A DNA stretch of 63,723 nt, the filler included. It is 5 parts of 5 records of this genome, joined end to end, with 100 filler letters (N's around TTAATTAATTAA, not from the genome) between each part and the next. Parts side by side here need not be neighbours in the genome. Positions count along the whole stretch, not along the records: positions 17,929 to 32,415 come from DRR378314_374; 4 more parts are not named here. The stretch is one strand, 5' to 3'. This document shows positions 20,258 through 29,209 of this stretch, in pieces. Numbering within the stretch: the stretch's first letter is position 1; the number at the start of each line of letters is the position of its first letter. The notes beneath the pieces are model-generated. The model saw nothing but the letters and a program-made list of their open reading frames with translations, made no database searches and had not been told where the DNA came from. A program made the translations under genes and the position numbers.

Positions 20258-21493
20258 ATGAATAAGCCAATAACAACCAGCCTCTTCGCCATCGCCCTGC
20301 TCGCCAGCGCGGTGGCCGGCGCCGCCGACGGCGGCAAACAAAACGCCAAGGGTATCTCCGGCGACACCGTGAAAATCGGCGTGCTGGCGGACATGTCCGG
20401 CATCTTCTCCGACCTGAGCGGCGAAGGCGCGGTCACCGCCGCGCGCATGGCGGTGGACGACTTCGTCGCCGAGCAGAAACCCGGCTTCAAGGTGGAAGTG
20501 GTCACCGCCGACCACCAGAACAAAACCGACGTGGCCGCCAGCCGCGCCCGCGAGTGGTACGACACCGAAGGCGTGGACATGATCACCGACGTGATCAACT
20601 CCGCGGTGGCCCTGGCGGTGTCCGAAGTGACCCGCGACAAGGACCGCGTGCTGATGGTCACCGGCGCCGGGTCCACCACCATCAATAACGAGCAGTGCTC
20701 GCCCAACACCATCCTCTACGCCTGGGACACCTACTCCCTGGCCAACAGCCTGGGCCGCACCATCACCGAGCAGGGCGACGATAGCTGGTACTTCGTGACG
20801 GTGGACTACGCGCTCGGCAAATCCATCGAATACGACGCCACCAAGGCGGTGGAAAACGCCGGCGGTGAAGTGCTCGGCTCCCTGCACCACCCCATGGGCG
20901 CCTCCGACTTCGCCTCCTTCATGCTGCAGGCGCAGAGCTCCGGCGCCGACGTGATCGGCATCGCCAACGCCGGCGGCGACCTGCACAACGCGGTGCGCGT
21001 GGCTAACGAGTTCGGCATCAACCAGTCGCAGAAAATCGTCGGCCTGGCCGCCAGCATGACCGACGTGCACGCACTGGGCCTGGAAGTGACCCAGGGCATG
21101 CTGCTGGTGGAAGGGTTCTACTGGGATCAGGACGACGAAGCGCGCCAGTGGAGCCAACGCTTCAAGGAAAAGACCGGCAAGATGCCCAACATGCTTAACG
21201 CCGCCACCTACTCGGCGGTCACCAACTACCTGAGCGCCGCCAAAGAGCTGGGCACCGACGACGCCGACGCGGTGCTGGCCCACCTGCACGAGCAGGAGAT
21301 CAACGACCTGTTCGCCAAGAACGGCCGCATCCGTCCGGACGGCCAGATGGTCCACGACGTCTATCTCTATGAAGTGAAAAGCCCGAAAGAGTCCGAAGGC
21401 GAGTGGGACTACTACAAGCTGCGCGAAACCGTGCCGGCGGAAAAAGCCTACCAGCCGCTCTCCGAATCACGCTGCCCTTTGGTTAACAGCTAA
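20258..21493 (+). CDS. ABC transporter substrate-binding protein (LivK/HAAT family)
   Basis: Signal peptide; VKIGVLADMSG, ADHQNKTD and DFASFMLQAQSSGA. Confidence 0.93.
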   Translation: MNKPITTSLFAIALLASAVAGAADGGKQNAKGISGDTVKIGVLADMSGIFSDLSGEGAVTAARMAVDDFVAEQKPGFKVEVVTADHQNKTDVAASRAREWYDTEGVDMITDVINSAVALAVSEVTRDKDRVLMVTGAGSTTINNEQCSPNTILYAWDTYSLANSLGRTITEQGDDSWYFVTVDYALGKSIEYDATKAVENAGGEVLGSLHHPMGASDFASFMLQAQSSGADVIGIANAGGDLHNAVRVANEFGINQSQKIVGLAASMTDVHALGLEVTQGMLLVEGFYWDQDDEARQWSQRFKEKTGKMPNMLNAATYSAVTNYLSAAKELGTDDADAVLAHLHEQEINDLFAKNGRIRPDGQMVHDVYLYEVKSPKESEGEWDYYKLRETVPAEKAYQPLSESRCPLVNS

Positions 21494-21519
21494 AAGAACA
21501 GCTAAGGGAGGGGACAGAC

Positions 21520-22293
21520 ATGACGGACGAGGTACTGGGCACCCGGCGGTTGAGCAAACGCTTCAAGGGCTTCACCGCCGTCGACAACGTGGATCTGTCC
21601 GTGAAAAAGGGGCACATCCACGCCCTGATCGGCCCCAACGGGGCCGGCAAGACCACGCTGTTCAACCTGCTCACCCGCTTCACCGAGCCCAGCGCCGGCG
21701 AGATCCACTTCAACGGGCGCTCGGTGTCCGCGCTGCCGCCCCGCGAGGTGGCGCGGCGCGGCATGGTGCGCTCGTTTCAGATCTCCGCGGTGTTCGCCAG
21801 CCTGAGCGTGCTCGACAACGTGCGGCTGGCGCTGCAGCGCGAGCTGGGCATGTCGTTTCACTTCTGGAAAAGCGACCGGGTGCTCAACCGGCTCAACGAC
21901 CGCGCCATGGAACTGCTCGACTCCGTGGGCCTCACCGGCGTCGCCTCACACGCCGCCGGCAGCCTGCCCTACGGCCACAAGCGGGCCCTGGAGCTGGCCA
22001 CCACCCTGGCCATGGATCCGGTGCTGATGCTGCTGGACGAACCCACCCAGGGCATGGGCTACGAGGACGTGGACCGGGTCACCGCGCTGATCCAGCAGGT
22101 GGCCGTCGGCCGCACCGTGCTGATGGTGGAGCACAACATGAAGGTGGTGGCGTCGATCGCCGACACCCTGTCGGTGCTGCAGCGCGGCCGGCTGATCGCC
22201 AGCGGCAGCTACCAGGACGTGTCCACCAACCCCCGGGTGATGGAGGCCTACATGGGCACCGCCCCCGGGCACGGCAAGGAGAGCGTGGCATGA
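21520..22293 (+). CDS. ABC ATP-binding protein (LivG-like)
   Basis: GPNGAGKTT, LLDEP and VEHNM. Confidence 0.94.
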   Translation: MTDEVLGTRRLSKRFKGFTAVDNVDLSVKKGHIHALIGPNGAGKTTLFNLLTRFTEPSAGEIHFNGRSVSALPPREVARRGMVRSFQISAVFASLSVLDNVRLALQRELGMSFHFWKSDRVLNRLNDRAMELLDSVGLTGVASHAAGSLPYGHKRALELATTLAMDPVLMLLDEPTQGMGYEDVDRVTALIQQVAVGRTVLMVEHNMKVVASIADTLSVLQRGRLIASGSYQDVSTNPRVMEAYMGTAPGHGKESVA

Positions 22294-23012
22294 ACACCGC
22301 AACGCAAACAGCGGCCCTGGCGGTGCGTGATCTGCACGCCTGGTACGGCGAGTCCCACGTGCTGCAGGGCGTGAACTTCGACGTTCAGCACGGCGAGGTG
22401 GTCACCCTGCTGGGCCGCAACGGCGCCGGGCGCACCACCACGCTACGGGCCCTGCTCGGCCTCACCGGCCGGCGCAGCGGGTCAATACGGGTGTTCGACG
22501 AGGAAGTAATCGGCACGAGCACGCACCGCATCGCCCGGCTGGGCGTCGGCTACTGCCCGGAAGAGCGGGGGATTTTCGCCAGCCTCAGCTGCGAGGAGAA
22601 CCTGCTGCTGCCGCCGCTGTTCAAGGGCAGCGAAGCGGGGCTCTCGCTGAATGAGGTCTACCGGCTGTTCCCCAACCTGGAAGAGCGCAAGCACAGCCCG
22701 GGTATGGCGTTGTCCGGCGGCGAACAGCAGATGCTCGCCCTGGCGCGCATTCTGCGCACCGGCGCGCGGCTGCTGTTGCTGGATGAGATCTCCGAAGGGC
22801 TGGCGCCGGTGATCGTCGACACCCTCGGCCAGGCGATCCAGGAGCTGCGTCGGCGCGGCTACACCATTCTGCTGGTGGAGCAGAATTTTCATTTTTCGGC
22901 GGCGCTGTCGGACCGGCTGCTGTTCATGGAGAGCGGCCGCATCATCGACACCCTGACCCCGGACCAACTGGACGACAACGCCGACGAAGTGGCGCGCATG
23001 CTCAGCGTCTGA
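22290..23012 (+). CDS. ABC ATP-binding protein (LivF-like)
   Basis: GRNGAGRTT, LSGGEQQM and LLDEISEGLAP. Confidence 0.94.
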   Translation: MNTATQTAALAVRDLHAWYGESHVLQGVNFDVQHGEVVTLLGRNGAGRTTTLRALLGLTGRRSGSIRVFDEEVIGTSTHRIARLGVGYCPEERGIFASLSCEENLLLPPLFKGSEAGLSLNEVYRLFPNLEERKHSPGMALSGGEQQMLALARILRTGARLLLLDEISEGLAPVIVDTLGQAIQELRRRGYTILLVEQNFHFSAALSDRLLFMESGRIIDTLTPDQLDDNADEVARMLSV

Positions 23013-23031
23013 AAACAATAAAGGGAAGGCT

Positions 23032-23913
23032 ATGGATATATTCGGTGTGCCGGTGCAGGCACTCATGGCGCAACTGATGATCGGCCTGGTGAACGGCTGC
23101 TTCTACGCGGTCCTGAGCCTGGGGCTGGCGGTCATCTTCGGCATGCTGCACGTGATCAACTTCACCCACGGCGCCATGTTCATGCTGGGCGCTCTGCTCA
23201 GCTGGGCCGGCCTCTATTACTTCGAGCTCAACTACTGGGTGATGCTGTTCCTGGCGCCGCTGGTGGTGGGCGTGTTCGGCATCGTGCTGGAGCGTTTGTT
23301 TCTGAAACGCATCTACAAGCTCGACTATCTGTACGGCCTGCTGCTGACCCTGGGCCTGACGCTGATCATCGAAGGCGCGGTGCGCTCCGTTTACGGCGTG
23401 TCCGGCAAGCCCTACGGCCCGGCGCCGATCTCCGGCGTCACCGACCTGGGCTTTCTGATGATCCCCAACTACCGGCTGTGGGTGATCGTCGCCTCGCTGC
23501 TGGTGTGCGCCGCCACCTGGTACACCATTGAGCGCACCCGCCTGGGCGCCTACCTGCGCGCCGCCACCGAGAACCCCAAGCTGGTGGAAGCCTTCGGCAT
23601 CAACGTGCCGGTGCTGGTTAGCCTGACCTTCGGCTTCGGCGTCGCCCTGGCGGCGTTCGCCGGGGTGCTGGCCGCGCCGATCATGCAGGTCTCCGCGCTC
23701 ACCGGCCAGACCATGATCGTGATCGTGTTCGCGGTGGTGGTGATCGGCGGCATGGGCTCCATCGCCGGCACCGTGGTCACCGGCATCGGGCTGGGCCTGG
23801 TGGAAGCGCTCACCAAGGTGTACTACCCGGAGGCCTCTTCCATGGTGATGTTCCTGGTCATGGTGCTGGTGTTGCTGGTGCGGCCCAACGGCCTGTTTGG
23901 AGGTAGAGAATGA
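23032..23913 (+). CDS. ABC permease (LivH-like)
   Basis: INFTHG, VVIGGMGS and RPNGLFG; multiple TM helices. Confidence 0.93.
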   Translation: MDIFGVPVQALMAQLMIGLVNGCFYAVLSLGLAVIFGMLHVINFTHGAMFMLGALLSWAGLYYFELNYWVMLFLAPLVVGVFGIVLERLFLKRIYKLDYLYGLLLTLGLTLIIEGAVRSVYGVSGKPYGPAPISGVTDLGFLMIPNYRLWVIVASLLVCAATWYTIERTRLGAYLRAATENPKLVEAFGINVPVLVSLTFGFGVALAAFAGVLAAPIMQVSALTGQTMIVIVFAVVVIGGMGSIAGTVVTGIGLGLVEALTKVYYPEASSMVMFLVMVLVLLVRPNGLFGGRE

Positions 23914-24929
23914 TAAGCGCCCGTTACGATACCGTCCGCCTGGCGTGCTACGGCGCCCTGCTGCTGGCCCTGGTGGTCGCCCCCTGGGTGGGGCTCTATC
24001 CGGTGCTCGGCACCAAGATTTTGTGTTACGCGCTGTTCGCCTGCGCCTTCCATTTGCTGCTCGGCTACACCGGCCTGGCGTCCCTGGGCCACGCTGCGTT
24101 TCTCGGCGTCGGCGGCTATGTGGCCGGCTACGGCATCAAGGCCTGGGCGCTGTCGCCGGAGCTGGCGCTGCTCGCCGGCCTGTCGGTGGGCGCGCTGATG
24201 GGGCTGGTGATGGGCTATGTGTCGATCCGCCGCTCCGGCATCTACTTCACCATGATCACCCTGGCGCTGGCGCAGCTGGTCTATTTCCTGTGCGTGCAGA
24301 TTCCGCAGACCGGCGGCGAGGACGGCCTGCAGGGCATCGACCGGGGCCTGCTGTTCGGCTTCATCGATCTGCACAACGACCGCGTCATGTACTACACCAC
24401 CCTGACCATCGGCGTGGCGGCGTTCCTGTTCATCGCCCGGGTGGTGCGCTCGCCGTTCGGCCAGGCGCTCACCGCGATCAAGGACAACGAGCCGCGCGCG
24501 GTATCGCTGGGCTACCACCCGGACCGCTACAAGCTGCTGGTGTTCACCCTGTCCGCCGCGCTCACCGGCCTGGCCGGCGCGCTCAAGGCCATCGGCCTGG
24601 GCTTCGTGACGCTCTCCGACGTGCACTGGATGACCTCCGGCCACGCCCTGCTGATGACCCTGGTGGGCGGCCTGGGCACCCTGTCCGGCCCGGTGGTCGG
24701 CGCCGTGGTGCTGGTCACCCTGGAGAACAAAATCGGCGAGCTGGGCACGCTGCTCGCCGGCGTCACCGGCATCGGCTGGTTCGCCACCCTCGGCGAGTCG
24801 GTGATGATGATCATGGGCATCGTGTTCGTGATCTGCGTCCTCGCTTTCCGGCGCGGCATCATGGGCGAGCTCGACGCCCTGCGCCGCCGTGTCCGCACCC
24901 CCAACCCGGCACCGGAGCCTCAATCATGA
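23910..24929 (+). CDS. ABC permease (LivM-like)
   Basis: GYTGLASLGHAAF, GIYFTMITLALAQ, TGGEDG and SPFG. Confidence 0.93.
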   Translation: MISARYDTVRLACYGALLLALVVAPWVGLYPVLGTKILCYALFACAFHLLLGYTGLASLGHAAFLGVGGYVAGYGIKAWALSPELALLAGLSVGALMGLVMGYVSIRRSGIYFTMITLALAQLVYFLCVQIPQTGGEDGLQGIDRGLLFGFIDLHNDRVMYYTTLTIGVAAFLFIARVVRSPFGQALTAIKDNEPRAVSLGYHPDRYKLLVFTLSAALTGLAGALKAIGLGFVTLSDVHWMTSGHALLMTLVGGLGTLSGPVVGAVVLVTLENKIGELGTLLAGVTGIGWFATLGESVMMIMGIVFVICVLAFRRGIMGELDALRRRVRTPNPAPEPQS

Positions 24930-26614
24930 CCACCCATACCCCCGACGCGTTTCACCATCACTGGCCGCCGCGGCTGTCCAAGAGCCTGCGGCCGCCGCGC
25001 ACCACCCTGTGGGACAACCTGGTCACCAGCGCGCGGCGCTATCCGGAAAAAACCGCGATCCGCTTCTTCGATCGCGCGCTCAGCTACCGCGAGTTGCTGT
25101 GCCAGTGCGAGACCCTGGCCGCCTGGCTCAGCGGCGCCGGCGTGCGCCCCGGCGACCGGGTGCTGGTGATGATGCAGAACTGCCCGCAACTGGTGATCGC
25201 CCATTACGCGATCATGCGCGCCAACGCGGTGGTGGTGCCGATCAACCCGATGAACAAAGCCTCCGAGCTGGGTCATTACATCCGCGACGCCGGCGCCAAG
25301 GCGGCGATCTGCTCCGCGGAGCTGGCCCGCGAACTGACCGGCGCCAACAACGACCTGCCCCACGACGAACAACTGCAACGGCTGCTGGTGACCCGCTACG
25401 CCGACGCCTTCGACCGCAGCGCCAGCCAGGACCTGCCAGTGCCCGAAGAGTGGAAAGACTGGCTCTACACCTGCAACCTGCCCCTGGACGGACACACGCC
25501 CGTCACCCCCTGGCTGGAGGCGCTGGCCACCACCCTGCCGCCGCCGGTGCTGATCGGCGACCCGGACACGCCCTGCCTGCTGCCCTACACCAGCGGCACC
25601 ACCGGCGCGCCCAAGGGCTGCGTCCACCACCACGGCTCGATCATGCACAACGCCGTGGCAAGCTGGCAGTGGATCAACGGCGACCCGGAAAGCGTGATGC
25701 TGGCGGTGTTGCCGCTGTTTCACATCACCGGCCTGGTGTGCGTGATGCACGGTACGATTTTCGGCGGCGGCACCCTGGTGATTCTGCCGCGCTGGCAGCG
25801 CGACCTGGCCAGCCATCTGATCGAAAAAGAAGGCATCAGTCACTGGCTGTGCATCCCCACCATGGTGGTGGATCTGCTCGCCTCCCCGGACCTGGAACGC
25901 TACGACTTGTCGCGGCTGGCGTTTATCGGCGGCGGCGGCGCGGCCATGCCGGAAGCCGTGGCGGAACGCCTGAAAGAAACCTACGGGCTCGACTTCGTGG
26001 AAGGCTACGGCCTCACCGAAACCTCCGGCCCCACGCACATGAACCCCTGCCACCGGCCCAAACTGCAGTGCCTGGGCATTCCGTTCATGAGCACCGACGT
26101 GAAAGTGCTGGACCCGGACACCCGCGAAGAGTGCGCGGACAACCAGCCCGGCGAAATCGCCATCTGCGGCCCGCAGGTGTTCCAGGGCTACTGGAACAAC
26201 GACGAAGCCACCGCCAAAAGCTTCCTCTACATCGGCGGCCGTAAGTACTTCCTCACCGGGGATCTGGGGCGGCGCGACGGCGACGGCTACTTCTACATCA
26301 CCGACCGCATCAAACGCATGATCAACGCCTCCGGCTTCAAGGTGTGGCCCGCGGAAGTGGAAAACCTGCTGTTCCGCCACCCGGGCATTCAGGAAGCCTG
26401 CGTGGTCGGCAGCCAGGACGCCTACCGGGGCGAAACCGTACGCGCCGTGGTGGTGCGCCGCGCCTCTCAGCCGGGCCTGGACGCCGAGACCCTGATAGAA
26501 TGGTGCCGCGAAAATATGGCCGCGTATAAAGTGCCGAAAATCGTCGACTTCGTGGACGCCCTGCCCAAGAACGGCAGCGGCAAGATCATGTGGCGGGAAG
26601 TACAGGACCTATGA
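24926..26614 (+). CDS. Acyl-CoA synthetase (long-chain/aromatic acid-CoA ligase)
   Basis: YTSGTTGAPKG, EGYGLTE, TGDLG and DRIKRMINASGFKVWPAEVE; start MTTHT overlaps the LivM stop. Confidence 0.94.
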   Translation: MTTHTPDAFHHHWPPRLSKSLRPPRTTLWDNLVTSARRYPEKTAIRFFDRALSYRELLCQCETLAAWLSGAGVRPGDRVLVMMQNCPQLVIAHYAIMRANAVVVPINPMNKASELGHYIRDAGAKAAICSAELARELTGANNDLPHDEQLQRLLVTRYADAFDRSASQDLPVPEEWKDWLYTCNLPLDGHTPVTPWLEALATTLPPPVLIGDPDTPCLLPYTSGTTGAPKGCVHHHGSIMHNAVASWQWINGDPESVMLAVLPLFHITGLVCVMHGTIFGGGTLVILPRWQRDLASHLIEKEGISHWLCIPTMVVDLLASPDLERYDLSRLAFIGGGGAAMPEAVAERLKETYGLDFVEGYGLTETSGPTHMNPCHRPKLQCLGIPFMSTDVKVLDPDTREECADNQPGEIAICGPQVFQGYWNNDEATAKSFLYIGGRKYFLTGDLGRRDGDGYFYITDRIKRMINASGFKVWPAEVENLLFRHPGIQEACVVGSQDAYRGETVRAVVVRRASQPGLDAETLIEWCRENMAAYKVPKIVDFVDALPKNGSGKIMWREVQDL

Positions 26615-27315
26615 GCGAACCGAAAATACGGCGCACCCGCAACGGCGCGCGTCTGCCGGCCGACCAGGCGACACCGCGCTACCTCGGCGAGAACATCGAG
26701 AAGGACCTGCGGGAGGTCAGCGAGCGGACCGGCGGCGGCACCATGCAAAGCCGCATCCTGGTGGCCGCCATCGCCCTGTTCGCCGAACGCGGCTACGAAA
26801 ACCTCAACATGCGCACCCTGGCCGGCTGGGTGGGTCTCAAGGCCCCCACCCTCTACAACTACTACGCCTCCAAGGAGCAGCTGCTGGTCGAAGCCATCGA
26901 GCTGGGCATGACCGACTTCTTCAGCTACATCCTGGAAGGCATCGACGAGGTGCCCCGCGAAGACCGGCTGTTCGAAATCGTGCGCCGGCACGCCGGCTAC
27001 AAAATGCGCCACCGGCTGATCGCCCGCGCCAACGACCGCCTGATCGATCCGCAATTCGCGCGCATGTTCCTCCCCGAGGACACCGCCCGGCACTTCAGCG
27101 GCCGCATGGCCGGCTACCGCCACACCGTCCAGGACCTGGTGCGCGACTACGTCGCCGACGACGCCCCGGTAAGCCCCAAAGTGGTCACCCTGGCCCTGCT
27201 CAGCCAGTGCGACCGCATGGCCTACTGGTACAACCCCAAGGGCCAGATGACGCCCGACCAGGCACTCGAGCAGGTCAGTATTCTGATTCGTCGGATGCTG
27301 GGTACCGCCGCCTGA
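26611..27315 (+). CDS. TetR-family transcriptional regulator
   Basis: ILVAAIALFAERGY...LKAPTLYNYYASKEQLL; ATGA coupling to the ligase gene. Confidence 0.93.
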   Translation: MSEPKIRRTRNGARLPADQATPRYLGENIEKDLREVSERTGGGTMQSRILVAAIALFAERGYENLNMRTLAGWVGLKAPTLYNYYASKEQLLVEAIELGMTDFFSYILEGIDEVPREDRLFEIVRRHAGYKMRHRLIARANDRLIDPQFARMFLPEDTARHFSGRMAGYRHTVQDLVRDYVADDAPVSPKVVTLALLSQCDRMAYWYNPKGQMTPDQALEQVSILIRRMLGTAA

Positions 27316-27326
27316 AGAGGCGGCTG

Positions 27327-27572
27327 CTAGGAGGGGCGGAAGACATCTTCCAGCGTGTCGACTTCGTAGGGACGGTCAATCCAGCCTTCCAGTTCGGTGC
27401 GGGTGGCGCGCTCCAGCCGGGCATCGACCTCAGCGGGCACGTCACCGAAACGGCGCATCAACTGACGGCGCAGGATGGCCCGGGCCTCATTCGTGGAGCC
27501 CTGCTCAAGGCCTTGCTGCAGGCCGGTTTGGTGGTGTTGGTCCTTCCATTCCTGAACAGTGTCTCTAACCAT
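27327..27572 (-). CDS. Putative intragenic small Rpn antitoxin (RpnS-like, 81 aa), in frame with Rpn
   Basis: AGGAG (27586-27582) lies 9 nt before an in-frame ATG (MVRDTVQEW...) just ahead of the C-terminal domain. Confidence 0.6.
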   Translation of the reverse strand: MVRDTVQEWKDQHHQTGLQQGLEQGSTNEARAILRRQLMRRFGDVPAEVDARLERATRTELEGWIDRPYEVDTLEDVFRPS

Positions 27573-28289
27573 GTCATAGGTCTCCTGCAGGTCATGAATC
27601 TCAGGCAAGTTTACGTTGGGTGCCCAGCGACGCAAACGGCGACGCAGCCACTCCACATAATCCCGTCTCAAATCCTCTTGTCCTGGCTCGCTAAGCCAGT
27701 CTATCAAAAGTGCCAGAATGTCAGGCACCTCCGCTAGCGAGCGATGATGCTCCAGCCGAAATAGCGCCGCCACCAGGTTACTCAGCGGCGCCAGCTCGTC
27801 CATGTCGAAGGCGCCTTCATCAATAAGCAAAAGCGCCTGATCCGGCTGAAACTCAGCCAGTGCCTCGGGGCCCGGCTGAATTAAACCCGACACTCGCGTT
27901 GGCGCTCGCCAACGAGCGGCGCCGTTGTACAGCACGATAGGTAACACCGGTGGCAACTTCCGCGAATTATCCAGCTCCTGGCGACGAACCAGGTCCTGAT
28001 AGAGCAAACCGGTATACGTCAGGATGCGCACCGGCATGAACCGATCAACCGTGGACTGGAATTCCAGGAGCAAGTAAATATAAATCCACTCCTGTCCCCA
28101 CCGTACTCGCCAGATGGCGTCATTGTGGCGGCTGCGCAAATCATCGCTGACATAGCTGCCGTTCATCTTTTCCAAAGAGTTGAGGTCCAACTCGGCGATC
28201 CAGCTCTCAGGCACGAATCCCGTCAGCAGGTCCCTGACCATCTCGGCATGAGAGAACAGCAACCGGTAGCTAGTGTCATGGTCATCCAT
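27327..28289 (-). CDS. Rpn/YhgA-family recombination-promoting nuclease with DUF4351-like C-terminus
   Basis: HDTSYRLLFS, DAIWRV, YLLLEFQS (PD-(D/E)xK variant), LPPVLPIVLYNG, and GLQQGLEQG...RQLMRRFG. Confidence 0.9.
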   Translation of the reverse strand: MDDHDTSYRLLFSHAEMVRDLLTGFVPESWIAELDLNSLEKMNGSYVSDDLRSRHNDAIWRVRWGQEWIYIYLLLEFQSTVDRFMPVRILTYTGLLYQDLVRRQELDNSRKLPPVLPIVLYNGAARWRAPTRVSGLIQPGPEALAEFQPDQALLLIDEGAFDMDELAPLSNLVAALFRLEHHRSLAEVPDILALLIDWLSEPGQEDLRRDYVEWLRRRLRRWAPNVNLPEIHDLQETYDMVRDTVQEWKDQHHQTGLQQGLEQGSTNEARAILRRQLMRRFGDVPAEVDARLERATRTELEGWIDRPYEVDTLEDVFRPS

Positions 28290-28436
28290 ACTTCCCTCCA
28301 AAAGTGTGAAAGAAAGTATGGCGAGCCAAGGCCGATCAGGTTGTACGTCAAAACCTCAATCTATGTCAGCGAAGCGTGCGCCGTTTCGAAGGATAAGGGA
28401 TATTACGGAACTCAAGAACCGATTAAGCTGCTTGAG

Positions 28437-28808
28437 CTATTCTTTAAACTGCCGGGGCCGCCGAAGCTGGCGCACCTCGCGCTCGATGGATTCGCGCTGC
28501 CCCTGCCTGAGCCCAAATAGAGGATTCGCGGTAACGAACTGAACGTCGACGCGACTACCCAGCGCTCGTGCCGCCCGCGATAGAGTATCGATGGTCATTC
28601 CTTCATCGCGTTCATCCAGCAATCTCGCCACAGCCGCCCGACTTGTGTTCATCCGCTGCGCCAAGTCACTCCGGGTCATCTTCACCTGACCCATCCGTTC
28701 CTTAATTTGCCAGGTTATGACGCGTTTTATAGCGGCTGCGGAACAGTCTTCCAGGGTGTCTTCTGCTTCCAGAAAGTCATCAAAACTGGATCCAACATGC
28801 TTATTCAT
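28437..28808 (-). CDS. XRE/HigA-like antitoxin (orphan, C-terminally extended)
   Basis: MNKHVGSSFDDFL...AIKRVITWQI...LAQRMNTSRAAVARLLD...TIDTLSRAARALG. Confidence 0.85.
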   Translation of the reverse strand: MNKHVGSSFDDFLEAEDTLEDCSAAAIKRVITWQIKERMGQVKMTRSDLAQRMNTSRAAVARLLDERDEGMTIDTLSRAARALGSRVDVQFVTANPLFGLRQGQRESIEREVRQLRRPRQFKE

Positions 28809-28851
28809 AGCGTTTCACCTTCTTCAGCCGACGGGCTAGGAGCCGTGTTAT

Positions 28852-28869
28852 TGTACCAATTGTGGTACA
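28852..28869 (-). promoter_or_regulatory. Palindromic TA operator overlapping a TACAAT -10 box
   Basis: TGTACCA-attg-TGGTACA; on the minus strand the downstream arm runs into TACAAT. Confidence 0.6.
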
Positions 28870-28928
28870 GCGCACAATCCTTGCTTACTGTCAGGGGTCC
28901 GGTGGGTGCGAGATTGATTTTCGCCCTT

Positions 28929-28950
28929 GTGGTGCCCATATTGGCACCAC
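28929..28950 (+). promoter_or_regulatory. Palindromic operator upstream of the DUF1778 remnant
   Basis: GTGGTGCC-catatt-GGCACCAC perfect inverted repeat. Confidence 0.5.
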
Positions 28951-28972
28951 ACTCCATATGAAGAGGTGTCGC

Positions 28973-29152
28973 ATGATGACGGCAGCGACTGAGGTCGCCG
29001 AGCGAACCACACGGATCAATGCAAACCGCAGCGCCTTCGAGAACATGATGACGGCCCTGGACCAGCCGGCTCGCGAACTGCCCCGCCTGAAGCGGGCCGC
29101 ACAACACTACAAGGACGTGGTGCATGACTCGGATCCGAAAGCAGCCACTTAG
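28973..29152 (+). pseudogene. N-terminally truncated DUF1778 (TacA/AtaR-like) antitoxin
   Basis: AATEVAERTTRINANRSAFENMMTALDQPARELPRLKRAAQHY resembles the C-terminal half of DUF1778; the RHH part is missing. Confidence 0.6.
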
Positions 29153-29209
29153 CAAGCAACACGACCGGGCCGCTTTGACTGCGGGTCGCGGAACTCAACT
29201 CATTTCTCA
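29124..29209 (+). pseudogene. Frameshifted 5' remnant of a GNAT (TacT/AtaT-like) toxin
   Basis: MTRIRKQPLSKQHDRA, then restoring two 1-nt deletions gives (A)FDCG(V)AELNSFL. It is cut off by the convergent O-antigen ligase gene. Confidence 0.6.

Noticed and set aside
23897-26614. Apparent 905-aa CoA ligase fusion
   Set aside because: The first 343 codons are an alternative frame over the LivM permease; the real start is ATG 24926.
27327-28289. Rpn as an IS transposase
   Set aside because: No terminal inverted repeats or target duplication are visible, and the family is a PD-(D/E)xK nuclease.
28805-29155. 116-aa minus-strand ORF as the toxin for the XRE antitoxin
   Set aside because: It has no RelE-like features and runs across two operators and antisense to the DUF1778 remnant.
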